This document shows positions 12,521 through 25,190 of a stretch of DNA of 64,000 nucleotides, piece after piece. The notes beneath the pieces are model-generated. The model worked only from the letters and a program-made list of their open reading frames with translations, was not told the DNA's origin and made no database searches. How positions within the stretch are numbered: position 1 is the first letter of the stretch; every line of letters begins with the position of its first letter. Both the position numbers and the translations under genes were made by a program. This stretch comes from Octopus sinensis (Eukaryota). The stretch is taken from NCBI RefSeq assembly GCF_006345805.1, contig NC_043011.1, positions 31,880,464 through 31,944,463 on the forward strand, written 5' to 3'.

Positions 12521-12946
12521 AATAGAGACTCGGACATAGAGACTCAAACCAAGATCATAGTTGTGGCCAATGCCAGTGTCAGATCTTTAGCACCTGTGCT
12601 GGTGGCATGTAAAAAACACCCACTACACTCTCGGAGTGATTGGCATTAGAAAGGGCATCCAGTAGTAGAAACCTTACCAAATCAGATATGAACCTGCCGA
12701 CTTATCAGTTTTCAGTCAAACTGTCCAACTCATGCCAGCATGGAAAGTGGACGTTAAATGATGATGACGATGATATATATATATATATAAACACACACAT
12801 ATATATATATATACACACACACACATAAACAAACACACACACACACACATTGATAATGTTGGATTTCAAAACTCCCAACAACCTTCCACCATAAATGTTT
12901 TATATAACTACTGAGGTTTCATAAAAACGATGTGGGCATTTAAGGA

Positions 12947-12999
<53 letters not shown>

Positions 13000-13459
13000 G
13001 TTAGGCTATTATTATAACACCCACTCATTTTTGACTATTTACTATTAAAATCAATTCCTGATCAGTTCATAGCGAGGATTTCACAGACATATAATTTCTA
13101 AATTAAAGTTATTTTTAGCTTCACAATTGCAAGATCATATCCGCCATATATGAACATGTTAAGCGAATAAATTATATGGAAAAAGAGAACAGATTATATA
13201 GAAAATTGTATGAGAGAGAGTGGTTGGCAAAATCAATACGAAGCTGGAGGTCAGCAATTTATATCAATGTTATTGGTGTTGTGTTGAGTTGATGGCCAAG
13301 ACAATAAGAGAAATGGCACAGTCCACCTAATAGGAAATGGAGTAATACAGGTTTGTAACAACATGCAGTTGTTGGCATTGTTTTACTGAGAAGACTTATG
13401 ATTAAATTCATTCCAACCATGTGCATTATTATTATTGTTATTATTATTATTATCTAGGA

Positions 13460-13800
13460 CAGCATTTCTCAACGATTTTTTTGCCTATGGACCCCTTTGG
13501 TTCCTGTTTTACTTGGATGGCCCGTCCTAGCTATTCAATGTTAAAAATATTCCAATATATTTTTATAATTAGATATTATTGGGAATTGTACAATAATAAT
13601 TACTCTCTTTTATTCTTTTACTTGTTTCAGTCATTTGACTGTGGCCATGCTGGAGCACCGCCTTTAGTCGAGCAAATCGACTCCAGGACTTATTCTTTGT
13701 AAGCCTAGTACTTATTGTATGGGTCACTTTTACTGAACTGCTAAGTGACGGGGATGTAAACACACCAGCACTGGTTGTCAAGCGATGTTGGTGGGGAGGA

Positions 13801-13843
<43 letters not shown>

Positions 13844-14097
13844 TTTTGCAACGGGCTTCTTTCAGTTTCCGTCTATCAAATCCACACACAAGGCTCTGGT
13901 TGGCCCGAGGTTATAGTAGAAGACACTTGCCCTAGGTGCCATGCAGTGGGACTGAACCCAGAACCATGTGGTTCCTAAGCAAGCCTATTAAAATATTTTG
14001 TGTATTGTATATAACCAATTTATTGTAAATAAATTTTAACAACAAAATCTTATATAGAACCCCCAAGGGCCATATGGACTCCAGTTGAGAACCACAG
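13460..14097. mobile_element. hAT-Charlie-like MITE with a nested SINE
   Basis: Ends cagcatttctcaac / gttgagaaccacag; flanks atctagga / gtctaaga resemble NTCTAGAN. Related end fragment at about 6420-6490. Confidence 0.65.
13606..13985 (-). mobile_element. SINE family A
   Basis: Family body with internal (CA)n and taaaagag tail. Confidence 0.9.
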
Positions 14098-14732
14098 GTC
14101 TAAGACATTGTTTATTATGTCCTTCCTTTTTTTAAATTAGTTGGGTGTGACTTGGGGTAATTTGGTTGTTATTTCTAGCAGGCTGAGAGATTACTGGGTA
14201 AGCAGCAGAACCGTAGCATTGTGAAAATTAATGAGATTGTGAGCCAACGATGGTCACATGGTTACATGGTCATATGACTTCCAAGAAATAGCAGTCAAAT
14301 AGCTTATGGTGACATAGTGGGGAAAGGACATAGTGGACATAGTGGATCATGTATTCTAAAGTGGACTAGTCTAGTAAAAGACAGGATGATCATGACTTGA
14401 TGCCTTTGGTCATGGGCCTGCTCAATCAAGGTTGACCTGGGGTTAAATAACATTGTGATAAGGCATGTTTTCTATGTAAGCACCATCCCAACACCAGTAC
14501 CAGCTGCAAGACCATCAACAGCGGCGGCACCGCCGTCCCCGCCGCCACCACCACCACCACCACAACAACAACAACAACAACAACAAATACCATCAGATTG
14601 CTGACTACAGTTCATACGTTGATGTCATAGTTGAGAAAACTAGTCAGCTTAAGAGGACTGCCAGCAAGCACACCTGTCTCGACTATTATCTGAACTAGAA
14701 ATAATTGCAGGTCAATGTTCAGGAATTCCACC

Positions 14733-14782
<50 letters not shown>

Positions 14783-14989
14783 GTGTGTGTGTGTGGTGTG
14801 TGTGTGTGTGTGTGTGTGTGCATGCATGCATGTATGTCTGTCCATCTATATATGTTATACATACATATATATATATATATATACATGCACACACACAGAC
14901 ACATGCATATATATATATATGCATATACATATATGTGTATGCATATATATATACATGCATGTGTGTATGCATATACATATATATATTTT

Positions 14990-15190
14990 ATTTCTTAACT
15001 ACCCACAAGGGGCTACACACAGAGGGGACAAACAAGGACAGACAAAGGGATTAAGTTGATAACATCAACCCCAGTGCATAACTGGTACTTAATTTATCAA
15101 CCCCGAAAGGATGAAAGGCAAAGTTGACCTCAGCGGAATTTGAACTCAGAATGTAACGGCAGCTAAGCATTTCGCCCGGCGTGCTAACAT
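14990..15190 (-). mobile_element. SINE family B (further minus copies at 20570-20730, 24365-24590, 32245-32455, 56870-57020)
   Basis: Same family body. Confidence 0.88.
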
Positions 15191-15208
15191 TTCTGACACA
15201 CACATATA

Positions 15209-16098
15209 CAGGGTGCGATGGTACATTGTCATTTTCATCATTCTATATTTTTAATTTCGTGCATGTGCATAGTTTGTTTTCCATTTTGTCGACTACACTG
15301 TATAGTAGGGTCAGTTGGGCACTGTCTGTGAGAAAAACAGTACCATGACACAATTTGCCTGGCTAGAAATTTTGAAACAACATGTTGTACAGCTTGGCAT
15401 TTGTGCTGGAAGCTCCAATATGAATATTTCCAAGTGTTTGAGTGTCAATCTGAGGACAGTGCAATCTGAGGTCATGTACCAAGAGTGATAAAAATCAAAC
15501 ATCCAGTCAACATCATGGTGTTTGGAGTGACCATTAGTGATGGTGACATTATACCTCCATTCATCTTTCCACATGGTTCAGACTCAACATAGAGGCCTAC
15601 ATTAAGTGCCTGGAGGAGGTAGTGCTGCCCTGGGTTAAGAGGGTGGCTACTGAAAGACCCTATGTCTGGCAACAAGACTCTGCACCATACTACACAAGCA
15701 GAAGAACCCAGTCATGACTGTCAGACAATTTCTGCGACCACATCTCCCCTAACATCTGGCCTCCTAACTCCTCAGACTACAACCCCCTTGATTATTATGT
15801 GTGAAGCACAGTTGAGTGAGAGGCCGACAAAACTCTTTGTAACACCAAAGATGAACTGAAGGCAAGGATTATGGCAGCATTCACCAACTTAAACAAGAAG
15901 CCCATCCAGAAGAGTTGCAGGAGATTCTGAAGTCGTCTGGAGGCCATGGTTGAAGCCGATGGCGATTTTATCGAATAAATTTATTCTTTAGTATTTCAAG
16001 ATATTTTCATGTTATTTTGGAAAATATATCTGTTAAAATGATATGTCTGTGTTATTTCCATTTTTGCATAATTTATACTATTTAATCACTGCACCCGC
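15209..16098 (+). mobile_element. Internally deleted Tc1/mariner transposon, DD37D (maT) type
   Basis: MVFGV...WQQDSAP-x-WPPNSSDYNPLDY with 37 residues between the second and third Asp. Starts ta|CAGGGTG, ends cacccgc|ta; contains stops. Confidence 0.85.
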
Positions 16099-16124
16099 TA
16101 TATACATATATATGTACACACACA

Positions 16125-16168
<44 letters not shown>

Positions 16169-16174
16169 TATAAT

Positions 16175-16224
<50 letters not shown>

Positions 16225-16241
16225 CATATATATAATTATAT

Positions 16242-16285
<44 letters not shown>

Positions 16286-16794
16286 CATCATCATCATCAT
16301 CATCGTTTAGCGTCCGTTTTCCATGCTAGCATGGGTTGGACGGTTCTACTGGGGTCTGTGAAGCCAGAAGGCTTCATCAGGCCCAGTCAAATCTGGCACT
16401 GTTTCTACGGCTGGATGCCCTTCCTAACGCCAACCACTCCGTGAGTGTAGTGGGTGCTTTTTACGTGCCACCCGCACTGGTGCCAGACAGAGCTGGCAAA
16501 CGGCCACGAACGGATGGTGCTTTTTATGTGCCACCGGCACGAGGGCCAGGCGAGGCTGGCAACGGACACGAAACGGGGCGGTGCTGGCAACGGTCGCGAA
16601 ACGGAAAGTTCTCTTACATGCCACCGGCACTGGTAACACATCTGCAATTTCCATTGATCGATTTCGATTCTGATCGTCACTTGCCTCAACGGGTCTTCAC
16701 AAGCAGAGTTTTGACATGCCACCAGCACTGGTAGCACATCCGCAATTTCCATTGATCGATTTCGATTCTGATCCTCACTTGCCTCATCACGTCT

Positions 16795-18834
16795 TCACAA
16801 GTAGAGTTTTGTGTCCCAAGAAGGGAAGGTATGCATACGTAGACTGGCTCCATCCCATGTAGAAGGCCACTTGTCCTGCCGGGTCTTCTCGCGCACAGCA
16901 CACTTCCAGAGGTCTCGGTCTCTCTCAGTGAGACCTAAAGTTCGAAGGTCGTGCTTCACCACCTCGTCCCAGGTTTTCCTGGGTCTGCCTCTTCCACAGG
17001 TTCCCTCAACCGCTAGGGTGTGGCACTTTTTCACACAACTATCTTCATCCATTCTCGCCACATGACCATACCAGCGCAAACGTCTCTCTTGCACACCACA
17101 ACTGATGCTTCTTAGGTCCAGCTTTTCTCTCAAGGTACTTACACTCTGCCGAGTGTGAGTACCGGCATTACACATCCATCGGAGCATACTGGCTTCATTT
17201 CTAGCGAGCTTACGCATATCCTCAGCAGTCACGGCCCATGTTTCACTGCCATGTAGCATGGCTGTTCGTACACACGCATCATACAGTCTGCCTTTCACTC
17301 TGTGCGAGAGGCCTTTTGTCACCAGCAGAGGTAAGAGCTCTCTGAACTTTGCCCAAGCTATTCTTACTCTAGCAGTTACACTTTCAGCACACCCGCCCCC
17401 GCTGCTGACTTGGTCACCTAGGTAACGGAAACTATCAACTATTTCTAGTTTTTCTCCCTGGAAAGTGACGGAAGTTGGTCTCAGAGCATTTTCAGTGTTT
17501 ATTGTTCCTGAGCATCTGCCACATACAAAAACCATCTTCCTAGTTAGCCTTCCTTTGACATTGCTGCATCTCTTATGTGTCCATAGCTTACACTTGGTGC
17601 ATCTTATAGAGTTTCTACCTACACCTTTTCTACAGATCGAGCAGGGCCATCTACCTGAAGGTGTTTGTGATTTGTCTACCTTCCTACTGATTACGACTTT
17701 GGTTTTAGCTAGATTGACTCTGAGGCCCTTCGATTCTAATCCTTGTTTCCACACCTGAAACTTCTCCTCCAGTTCTGATAGCGACTCAGCAATTAGAGCA
17801 AGGTCATCAGCATAGAGGAGCTCCCAAGGGCATCCTGTCTTGAATTCCTCCGTTATTGCCTGGAGGACTATGATAAATAGGAGGGGGCTGAGTACTGAGC
17901 CTTGGTGGACTCCTACCTCTACCCGGAATTCTTCACTGTACACATTTCCAACCCTCACCCTACTAGCGGCGTCCCTATACATGGCCCGCACAGCTCTCAC
18001 TAACCATTCATCTATCCCTAGTTTCCTCATTGCCCACCAGATAAGGGATCGGGGGACCCTGTCGAAGGCTTTCTCCATGTCAACAAAAGCCAGGTACAGG
18101 GGCTTATCTTTGGCTAGGTATTTCTCCTGCAGCTGCCTTACCAGGAATATAGCATCAGTAGTACTTTTCCCTGGCACAAACCCAAACTGCATCTCATCTA
18201 AACTAACTCTCTCTCTAATTAGTTGGGCTATGACCCTCTCCGTAACCTTCATCACCTGGTCCAACAGCTTGATACCTCTGTAGTTATTTGTATCTAGGGC
18301 ATCACCTTTACCTTTGTAGCAGTTGACTATTATACTGCTACACCAGTCATTGGGTATGACCCCTTTGTGTATCACCTGATTAACTATACGGGTGACTAGG
18401 CTATAGCCGACACTACCAGACATTTTGAGCATCTCTGCAGTGATTCCTGATGGGCCTGGGGCTTTCCCTGTCTTCATGCTTCTAATTGCCTTAGCTACCA
18501 CGGAACTATCAACTCGGATAGCTGGTCCCTCTGTTGGGTCAACATTCGGCAGACTCTCTTTATCCCATTCATTTTCTTCATTCAGCAACCTTTCATAGTG
18601 GCATCTCCAAACCTCTCTCTTTGCATCCTCATTTAGCGCAAGTGAACCATCTTCCATGCGAACACACTTCTCTCCTACCACATCACGATTCTCTCTCACA
18701 CACTGTCTTGCAACACGAAACACCTCCAGTCTTTGGTCCTCACGGCGCAGAACATTGGCAAATTTTTTCTTATCTGCTTCCCCTCTGGCTAAATAAACCT
18801 GTCTCCTAGCTTCTCTTTTGGCAGTCTGATACAA
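16795..18834 (-). CDS. RTE reverse transcriptase frame (679 aa) with internal PHD finger
   Basis: KGKGD..NYRGIKLL, QFGFVPGKST, FVDMEKAFDRVP, GVHQGSVLSPLLF, LLYADD, FRYLGD, and CSIC-x10-CTKC-x4-H-x2-C-x14-CGRC between motifs 6 and 7. Confidence 0.95.
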   Translation of the reverse strand: MYQTAKREARRQVYLARGEADKKKFANVLRREDQRLEVFRVARQCVRENRDVVGEKCVRMEDGSLALNEDAKREVWRCHYERLLNEENEWDKESLPNVDPTEGPAIRVDSSVVAKAIRSMKTGKAPGPSGITAEMLKMSGSVGYSLVTRIVNQVIHKGVIPNDWCSSIIVNCYKGKGDALDTNNYRGIKLLDQVMKVTERVIAQLIRERVSLDEMQFGFVPGKSTTDAIFLVRQLQEKYLAKDKPLYLAFVDMEKAFDRVPRSLIWWAMRKLGIDEWLVRAVRAMYRDAASRVRVGNVYSEEFRVEVGVHQGSVLSPLLFIIVLQAITEEFKTGCPWELLYADDLALIAESLSELEEKFQVWKQGLESKGLRVNLAKTKVVISRKVDKSQTPSGRWPCSICRKGVGRNSIRCTKCKLWTHKRCSNVKGRLTRKMVFVCGRCSGTINTENALRPTSVTFQGEKLEIVDSFRYLGDQVSSGGGCAESVTARVRIAWAKFRELLPLLVTKGLSHRVKGRLYDACVRTAMLHGSETWAVTAEDMRKLARNEASMLRWMCNAGTHTRQSVSTLREKLDLRSISCGVQERRLRWYGHVARMDEDSCVKKCHTLAVEGTCGRGRPRKTWDEVVKHDLRTLGLTERDRDLWKCAVREKTRQDKWPSTWDGASLRMHTFPSWDTKLYL

Positions 18835-18839
18835 TCCCC

Positions 18840-19908
18840 TGCTACCCCCATTTTTCCAGACCTTCCAAGCCTGTCTCTTTTCTCTAATAGCCCTGTCTAC
18901 AATATTGTTCCACCACCACGTTATTCTAGGTCGAGAGGGGACTTTGCACCAGCCACAGATCTGGTCAGTGGCTCTCAGCAGGTTGTCCCTTAGAAACGTC
19001 CAGCTGTCTTCTACCCCCTGTGATGCTCTATCCCCTCTACTTCGTCAGAGGCTTCAAGTAATATGTCCCTAAATCTCTGTCCATTTGCAGGATCTTTAAG
19101 CTTCCAGATCCTTCTTCTCCATATTTGTCGTCTTCTGGTTGTCCTCCTAGTCCTGATCCTAAAGTCACTAACTACCAGTCTATGTTGTGGGGTACATTCT
19201 TCACCTGGGAAGGTTTTGGCATTTATAAGCAGCCATCTCTCCCTTTGCCTTGTAAGGATGTAGTCAATTTGGCTGGTATGTTGGCCCGATTGGTAATGAT
19301 AGGTGGCTACTAGGTGGTTTTCCTGAAGTTAGTGTTGCAAATCATAAGATTATTTGCATCGCAGAACTCCAGCAGCCTGGTTCCCTCCTCGTTGCGGGAG
19401 CCATAGCCATAGCCTCCATGTACGCCATGGAAGCCCCCAGCATGTCGTCCAACGTGACCATTGAAGTCACCAGCCACAAAGATAAGGTCTCTGTCGTTCG
19501 TCACGAGGTAGTCTGCAGTAGAGTGTCATAGAATCGGTCTTTCTGTCCATCGGGTAGCCCCGACTGAGGAGCATAGGCTGATATAATGGTTGCTAAACTA
19601 TGATGAAGCACTAATCTAATCTTAAGTATTCTGTCACATACTCTGATTACCTCAATTACTTTATCTACCCATTTCTCAGCGATAAGTATACCCACGCCAC
19701 CAACCCCGTCAGTGTTCCCTGCCCAGAAAATCTTGTACCTGCGTTCCTTGCCTGTGAGGAACCTAGCTGATCCTCCTCTCCACCTTATTTCTTGCATGCA
19801 ACATATATCCACACATCTCCGTTCAAGCATCTCGACTATCTCACCAGACCTACCTTTCAGAGTGCCAACGTTGAGGGTGCCAACCCTGAGGGTGTGGGAG
19901 GCATGGGC
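18840..19908 (-). pseudogene. RTE apurinic endonuclease region broken by frameshifts
   Basis: APE motifs are split across ORFs 19501-19830 and 19310-19504 and other frames. Confidence 0.85.
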
Positions 19909-20819
19909 TCTAGAGATACATATATGTATCCATATATGGATATTATATATATATATGTATATATATATACTTGTGTGTGTCCATTATGAGTTGCAGCCAG
20001 TTTTTCAAGCTGAGAGGATGTAAACTCTTTGACTGTTTTCCCCTTTTCTTCTCTTTTTCTCTGCCCCCTGATGAATGATTGCATAACGTTTGATGCATAT
20101 ATATGTGTATATATATATATATGTGCGTGTGTGTATATATATATACATGTGTATGTGTATTTATATATATAAATATATACATACATATACATGTATATAT
20201 ACATATACATATGATACACACACACACACACACACACATATACATACACACACATACATACAAATGCTCTAGAACTGCAGTTACATAATCAACTTCAGAG
20301 GTTTACAATTGTTTCTGCTATGAAAAGCTCTGCACTCGGAGCTGAATGGTTGTGCATTACATTATAGCTTGTACCATCTTTATGCCTAGGCAAAATCATA
20401 AAGCACAAACACACATGCACATTCAGCATCATCATCATTTAATGCTCATCTTCCATACTGATATGGCTTAGATGGTTCGACAGGAGGTGGTGAGTGAGAG
20501 GATTGCACCCAGCTTTGATTTCTGCTTTGGCAGGGTTTCTACAGCTGGACGCTCTTCCTAATCCTTTCAGCCATAGGTACAAGGCCTGAAATGCACAACT
20601 AGTGCTTATTTCATCGACCCTGAATGGCAAAGTCAATTTTGGTGACATCTGAACTCAAAACCTGAAGCTAGCAGAAATGCTGCTAAGCATTTTGTCTGGC
20701 ATGCTAACAACCCTACTAGTTTGCCACCTTAACCCTTTTCTTACTGTATTTATTTTGAGATGCCCTGTGTTTCTTTAAATTACTTTAAATATAACAAAGA
20801 ATTTAGTAAAATAACTTAC

Positions 20820-21220
20820 TCTTTTACTTGTTTCTGTCATTTGACTGCGGCCATGCTGGAGCACCGCCTTTAGTCAAGCAAATCGATCCCAGGACTTATT
20901 CTTTGTGAGCCTAGTACTTATTGTATCGGTCTCTTTTGCCGAACTGCTAAGTTATGGGGACATAAACACACTAGCGTCGGTTGTCAAGCAATGTTAAGGG
21001 GACAAACACACACACACAAACACACACACATATATATATGTATATATATATATACGACAGGCTTCTTTCAGATTCTGTCTACCAAATCCACTCACAAGGG
21101 TTTGGTTGGCCTGAGGCTATAGTAGAAGACACTTGCACAAGGTGCCATGCAGTGAGACTGAACCCAGAACCATGTGGTTGGAAAGCAAGCTACTTACCAC
21201 ACAGCCACTCCTGTGCCTAT
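20820..21220 (-). mobile_element. SINE family A
   Basis: Full-length family body. Confidence 0.9.
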
Positions 21221-21311
21221 AGTTAACTTAGTTTTAGGAACATAAATTATGACTAAGGTTTGGTGGAAGATTTTAATCCAAAACTTAAGAAAATAATACA
21301 TTTATACTCAG

Positions 21312-21394
21312 TGCCAGAGCTGGTTTCAGCTGGGTTGGTAACGAAAGTTACTTCACAGGATGTACTGAGTACTTCTTCTGTGGCAACAGCACCA
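21312..21394 (+). other. Candidate exon of an unidentified gene
   Basis: atactcag| acceptor, CCA|gtaagg donor, unique sequence. Open frames ARAGFSWVGNESYFTGCTEYFFCGNST or VPELVSAGLVTKVTSQDVLSTSSVATAP. Confidence 0.3.
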
Positions 21395-21723
21395 GTAAGG
21401 TCACCAAGTAACAGAGAACACAAGATTCCTTCAACCGAAGTGGAAATACTGAAGGAGGTGGCTTTATGTCAGGTGATGATATATTCATTCAAAACTCACA
21501 TGATTCATGCCAAAGACATTCCAGTATTTCTCATGTTAGTGCGTTCATTCAGGTGAACAAACTCTGAGATGTGATGGAACGAAACATCAGGTTTGGGTGA
21601 ATAAATATTTTCCATGACATGTATTGAGATAATTATTTTTCTACATTTGTATAACAAATATGCATATAAATACACACACACACACACACATACACAAACA
21701 CACACACACACACAAAGACTCAC

Positions 21724-21756
21724 TTGTATCTATTATAAGTTGAGATAATCATTTCA
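21724..21756 (-). other. Candidate 33-nt exon
   Basis: ctctaattacag| and |gtgagt; encodes EMIISTYNRY in phase 2, or is UTR. Confidence 0.25.
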
Positions 21757-22031
21757 CTGTAATTAGAGGTTTGACATGTATTATTAACTAAGTATTAACT
21801 ATGTACACATGTATGTGTGTGTATGTGCGTATGTTTATGTATGTATGTATATATATATATATATATACAGAAATACGAAGAATGGGACAAGAACGCTAAA
21901 CATTCAGACAGTTAGATGATACAGAAAAAAAGGGGACAACAAAACATCCAGACAGATGATACAAAACGGGCAAGAAAAACAAGGATGGTCATTCGGAGTT
22001 TTCTTTCCAGATTATCTTTGCAATTTTGGCT

Positions 22032-22087
<56 letters not shown>

Positions 22088-22249
22088 CATATATAATATA
22101 TATATATGTAAGTGAAGACACATGGCCTAAAGGTTAGTGGGTAGGGTTTACCACCTTAAATTATGCTTAAACAAGTTCACATATTGGGTGTATAGTATGT
22201 ATATTAATATACTAATGTAAAACAGGTGTAAAAACAAATGAACAATGTA

Positions 22250-22480
22250 TATATATATATAGTTAATCCAAACAAGAAAACACAAAAAAACACAACAATG
22301 TGAGGACGTGGAACAAATATAGCATTATTGGACGCTCAGGAAAGAAGGGAAGAAGGAGGGTTTAACGTTTCGAGCGGAGCTCTTCGTCGGAAACATAGGA
22401 GAAGGAAAGATCCAGAGAAGGGAAGACAGAGGAAAAAAAATCGCCAACGGTACACACAAGGTCACATTTAATGCCTTATT
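22250..22480 (-). mobile_element. Penelope-end-like repeat; second copy at 34610-34830
   Basis: Shared block aggagggtttaacgtttcgagcggagctct(t/c)cgtcggaaacatagg with a hammerhead-shaped motif on the minus strand. Confidence 0.6.
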
Positions 22481-22599
22481 AAAATTAGCGTGACAGGAGT
22501 TGATTGTAAAATGTTGGTATGAGTCCCACAATTTTTAGAAAAACCATAAAATGATTCTGTGACAAAATTAGTTTATAAACCACTGGTCTATGTCATAAG

Positions 22600-22636
<37 letters not shown>

Positions 22637-22857
22637 GAATACCTATTTCATATGCATATACATTCATACATATATCTATCTATCTATCTGTATATATAAG
22701 TACCAACTGAAGGACAGGTATCAATTCATTACGACCATTTCTAAAGATCCCTTTAATTAATTAATGAGTACCTTATTTCATTATATACTCACACACACAC
22801 AATGGGCTTGCAAATAGTTTCCATCTATCGAATAAATAAATAAATATCTATATGCAT

Positions 22858-22889
<32 letters not shown>

Positions 22890-24792
22890 CTGTTATATGC
22901 AGAAAAGCAGTATTAGATTAAAATAGCCATTTGTGCATCATACTTAAAGTAAATACATAGTGAGAAAGCAAAGTTACGTTGATAGTTATCTGAAGATAAT
23001 ATCTATTATTTATGTACTGTGTTTAAAAATACAAATAGCAGCAGCAGCAGCGACAATATTAGATGTGCATTTCTATCTTGTTGCGCGTCGTCAGAAGCAA
23101 GTACTGACTGACAAACACATGCTAAGGCAAAATGTTTTCAACAAATATCATAGTAAATTTGCTGTTTCAAAATGTATTTACATTAAGTATGATAGATAGA
23201 TAACTATTTTAATTTAATTTTGCTTCTATTGCAGATAACAATTACATATTCAATACCAGTGACTGTGAAATCACTGTCTTCCTATATCAGTAGCAACAAT
23301 TTTTATTTCATTTAATGCCTTATTAAAATTGAAATACAGGTACAACTCATTTTTGACAGCTGAGTGGACTGGAGCAATGTGAAATAAAGTGTCTTGCTCA
23401 AGGACACAACACATTGCTGGGAATTGAACTCACGACCTTACAATCATGAGCTGAATGCCCTAACCACTAAGCCATGCACCATCACCAAACATAAATATAA
23501 TAGAATGAGCTTTGTATATCTTCTATTCCAAAGTCAATGAAGCTATTATTCAGTAGGTGACTAATAACTAATCTACGTTGAGTAGTACATTCTTCACTGG
23601 AGAAGGACTTAGTAACACAAGTATATTTCCTGGTGAGCAATAAGTGTATTCACCCTTGCGTAGACAAATGAATGGTAGGTCATGAGATTGTTAGTCAATC
23701 TTCTAATATTTGTGACTTATGTGGTAAGGTCAGTAGCTTCGCATAATTTAGGAGCACTTGATCCATCTTCTTTCCCGGTACCATGGTTATAGCCTTCATT
23801 AAACACCTTGGCAGTCATCCTGATGTAACTCAACATTATTTCACTTGAGTCCTCAACCATGGCAACAAGACTGCTACCAGTGTTGTTGTATACATACATA
23901 ATACATATTCACACATATATACATGTACATATGTATACACACATGCATGCATGCATACTAACATATCTATCTAGCTCTTGGTCTGTCTGAGTCTCTCTCT
24001 CTCTCTGTAAATATATATATATAAAACTTGTTAATACAGATTTGATGTGTGCTGCGTTCCATTACTTGATACATGAAAAAATGTATAAACAAACTGAACA
24101 GTTCCATTGGTCGATAACTGATGAAGAATTATGGACTTTCTGCTTGTCGCCCATTTGTTTTTACATTCAGTATATGTTATGTTGTTTATTTATACATTTT
24201 TTCATTTATATGTATATATATACACACACACACATGCAAATATATGTTTAAATACATATACATAGATACTTAAATAATGCATATAAATATATAAGTATAT
24301 GTGTGTGCATATAAGTACACACCACACACACACACACACATATATATATTTATGTATATATATTTATTTCTTTATTGCCCACAAGGGGCTAAACAAGGAC
24401 AGACAAAGGGATTAAGTCGATTACATTGACCCAGTGTGTAACTACTACTTACATAAGCAACCCCGAAAGGATGAAAGGCAAAGTCGACCTCGGCGGAATT
24501 TGAACTCAGAATGTAACAGTAGATGAAATACCACTGAGCATTTTGCCCGGCATCCTAATGATTCTGCCAATTCGCTGCCCTACTGCCAGCTCACACACAC
24601 ACACACATTAATAGTTGCTTAATGTTTATTTATAAAAATAATTTAATGTTATATTGAAGGATGATTCAACACCTTTTAGTAGAATATACATATTTATCAA
24701 CTTTTACAAGTAAAAGATTGACAGTAACTTTAAAGTTCAATATGTGTGTGCATGCATGTGTGCATAGGTATCGATGCACTATGGTTGAATAC

Positions 24793-25190
24793 TCTTTTAC
24801 TCTTTTATTTGTTTCAGTCATTTGACTGCGGCCATGCTGGAGCACTGCCTTTAGTTGAGCAAATCGACCCCGGGACTTATTCTTTGTAAGCCCAGTACTT
24901 ATTCTCTCGGTCTCCTTTGCCGAACCGCCAAGTGACGGGGACGCAAACACACCGGCATCGGTTGTCAAGCAATGCTAGGGGGTCAAACACAGACACACAA
25001 ACACACACATATATATATACATATATATATGACAGACTTCTTTCAGTTTCCGTCTACCAAATCCACTCACAAGGCATTGGTCGGCCCGGGGCTATAACAG
25101 AAGACACTTGCCCAAGATGCCACGCAGTGGGACTGAACCCAAAACCATGTGGTTGGTTAGCAAGCTACTTACCACACAGCCACTCCTGCG
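24793..25190 (-). mobile_element. SINE family A
   Basis: Full-length family body. Confidence 0.9.

Larger units (their letters stand above)
16285..19915 (-). mobile_element. RTE-clade LINE copy 2, nearly full coding region (APE + RT)
   Basis: APE motifs LRVGTLNVGTL, CCMQEIRW, ISAYAPQ and AGDFNGHVG; 679-aa RT frame; (GAT)n tail; flanked by (TA)n. Confidence 0.97.

Noticed and set aside
19990-20065. FTSSQLEKL, homeodomain helix-1-like
   Set aside because: No WFxNRR or other homeodomain motif follows.
23717-23899. 60-aa minus-strand ORF with protein-like composition
   Set aside because: No recognisable motif, weak acceptor, and no partner exons; left unassigned.
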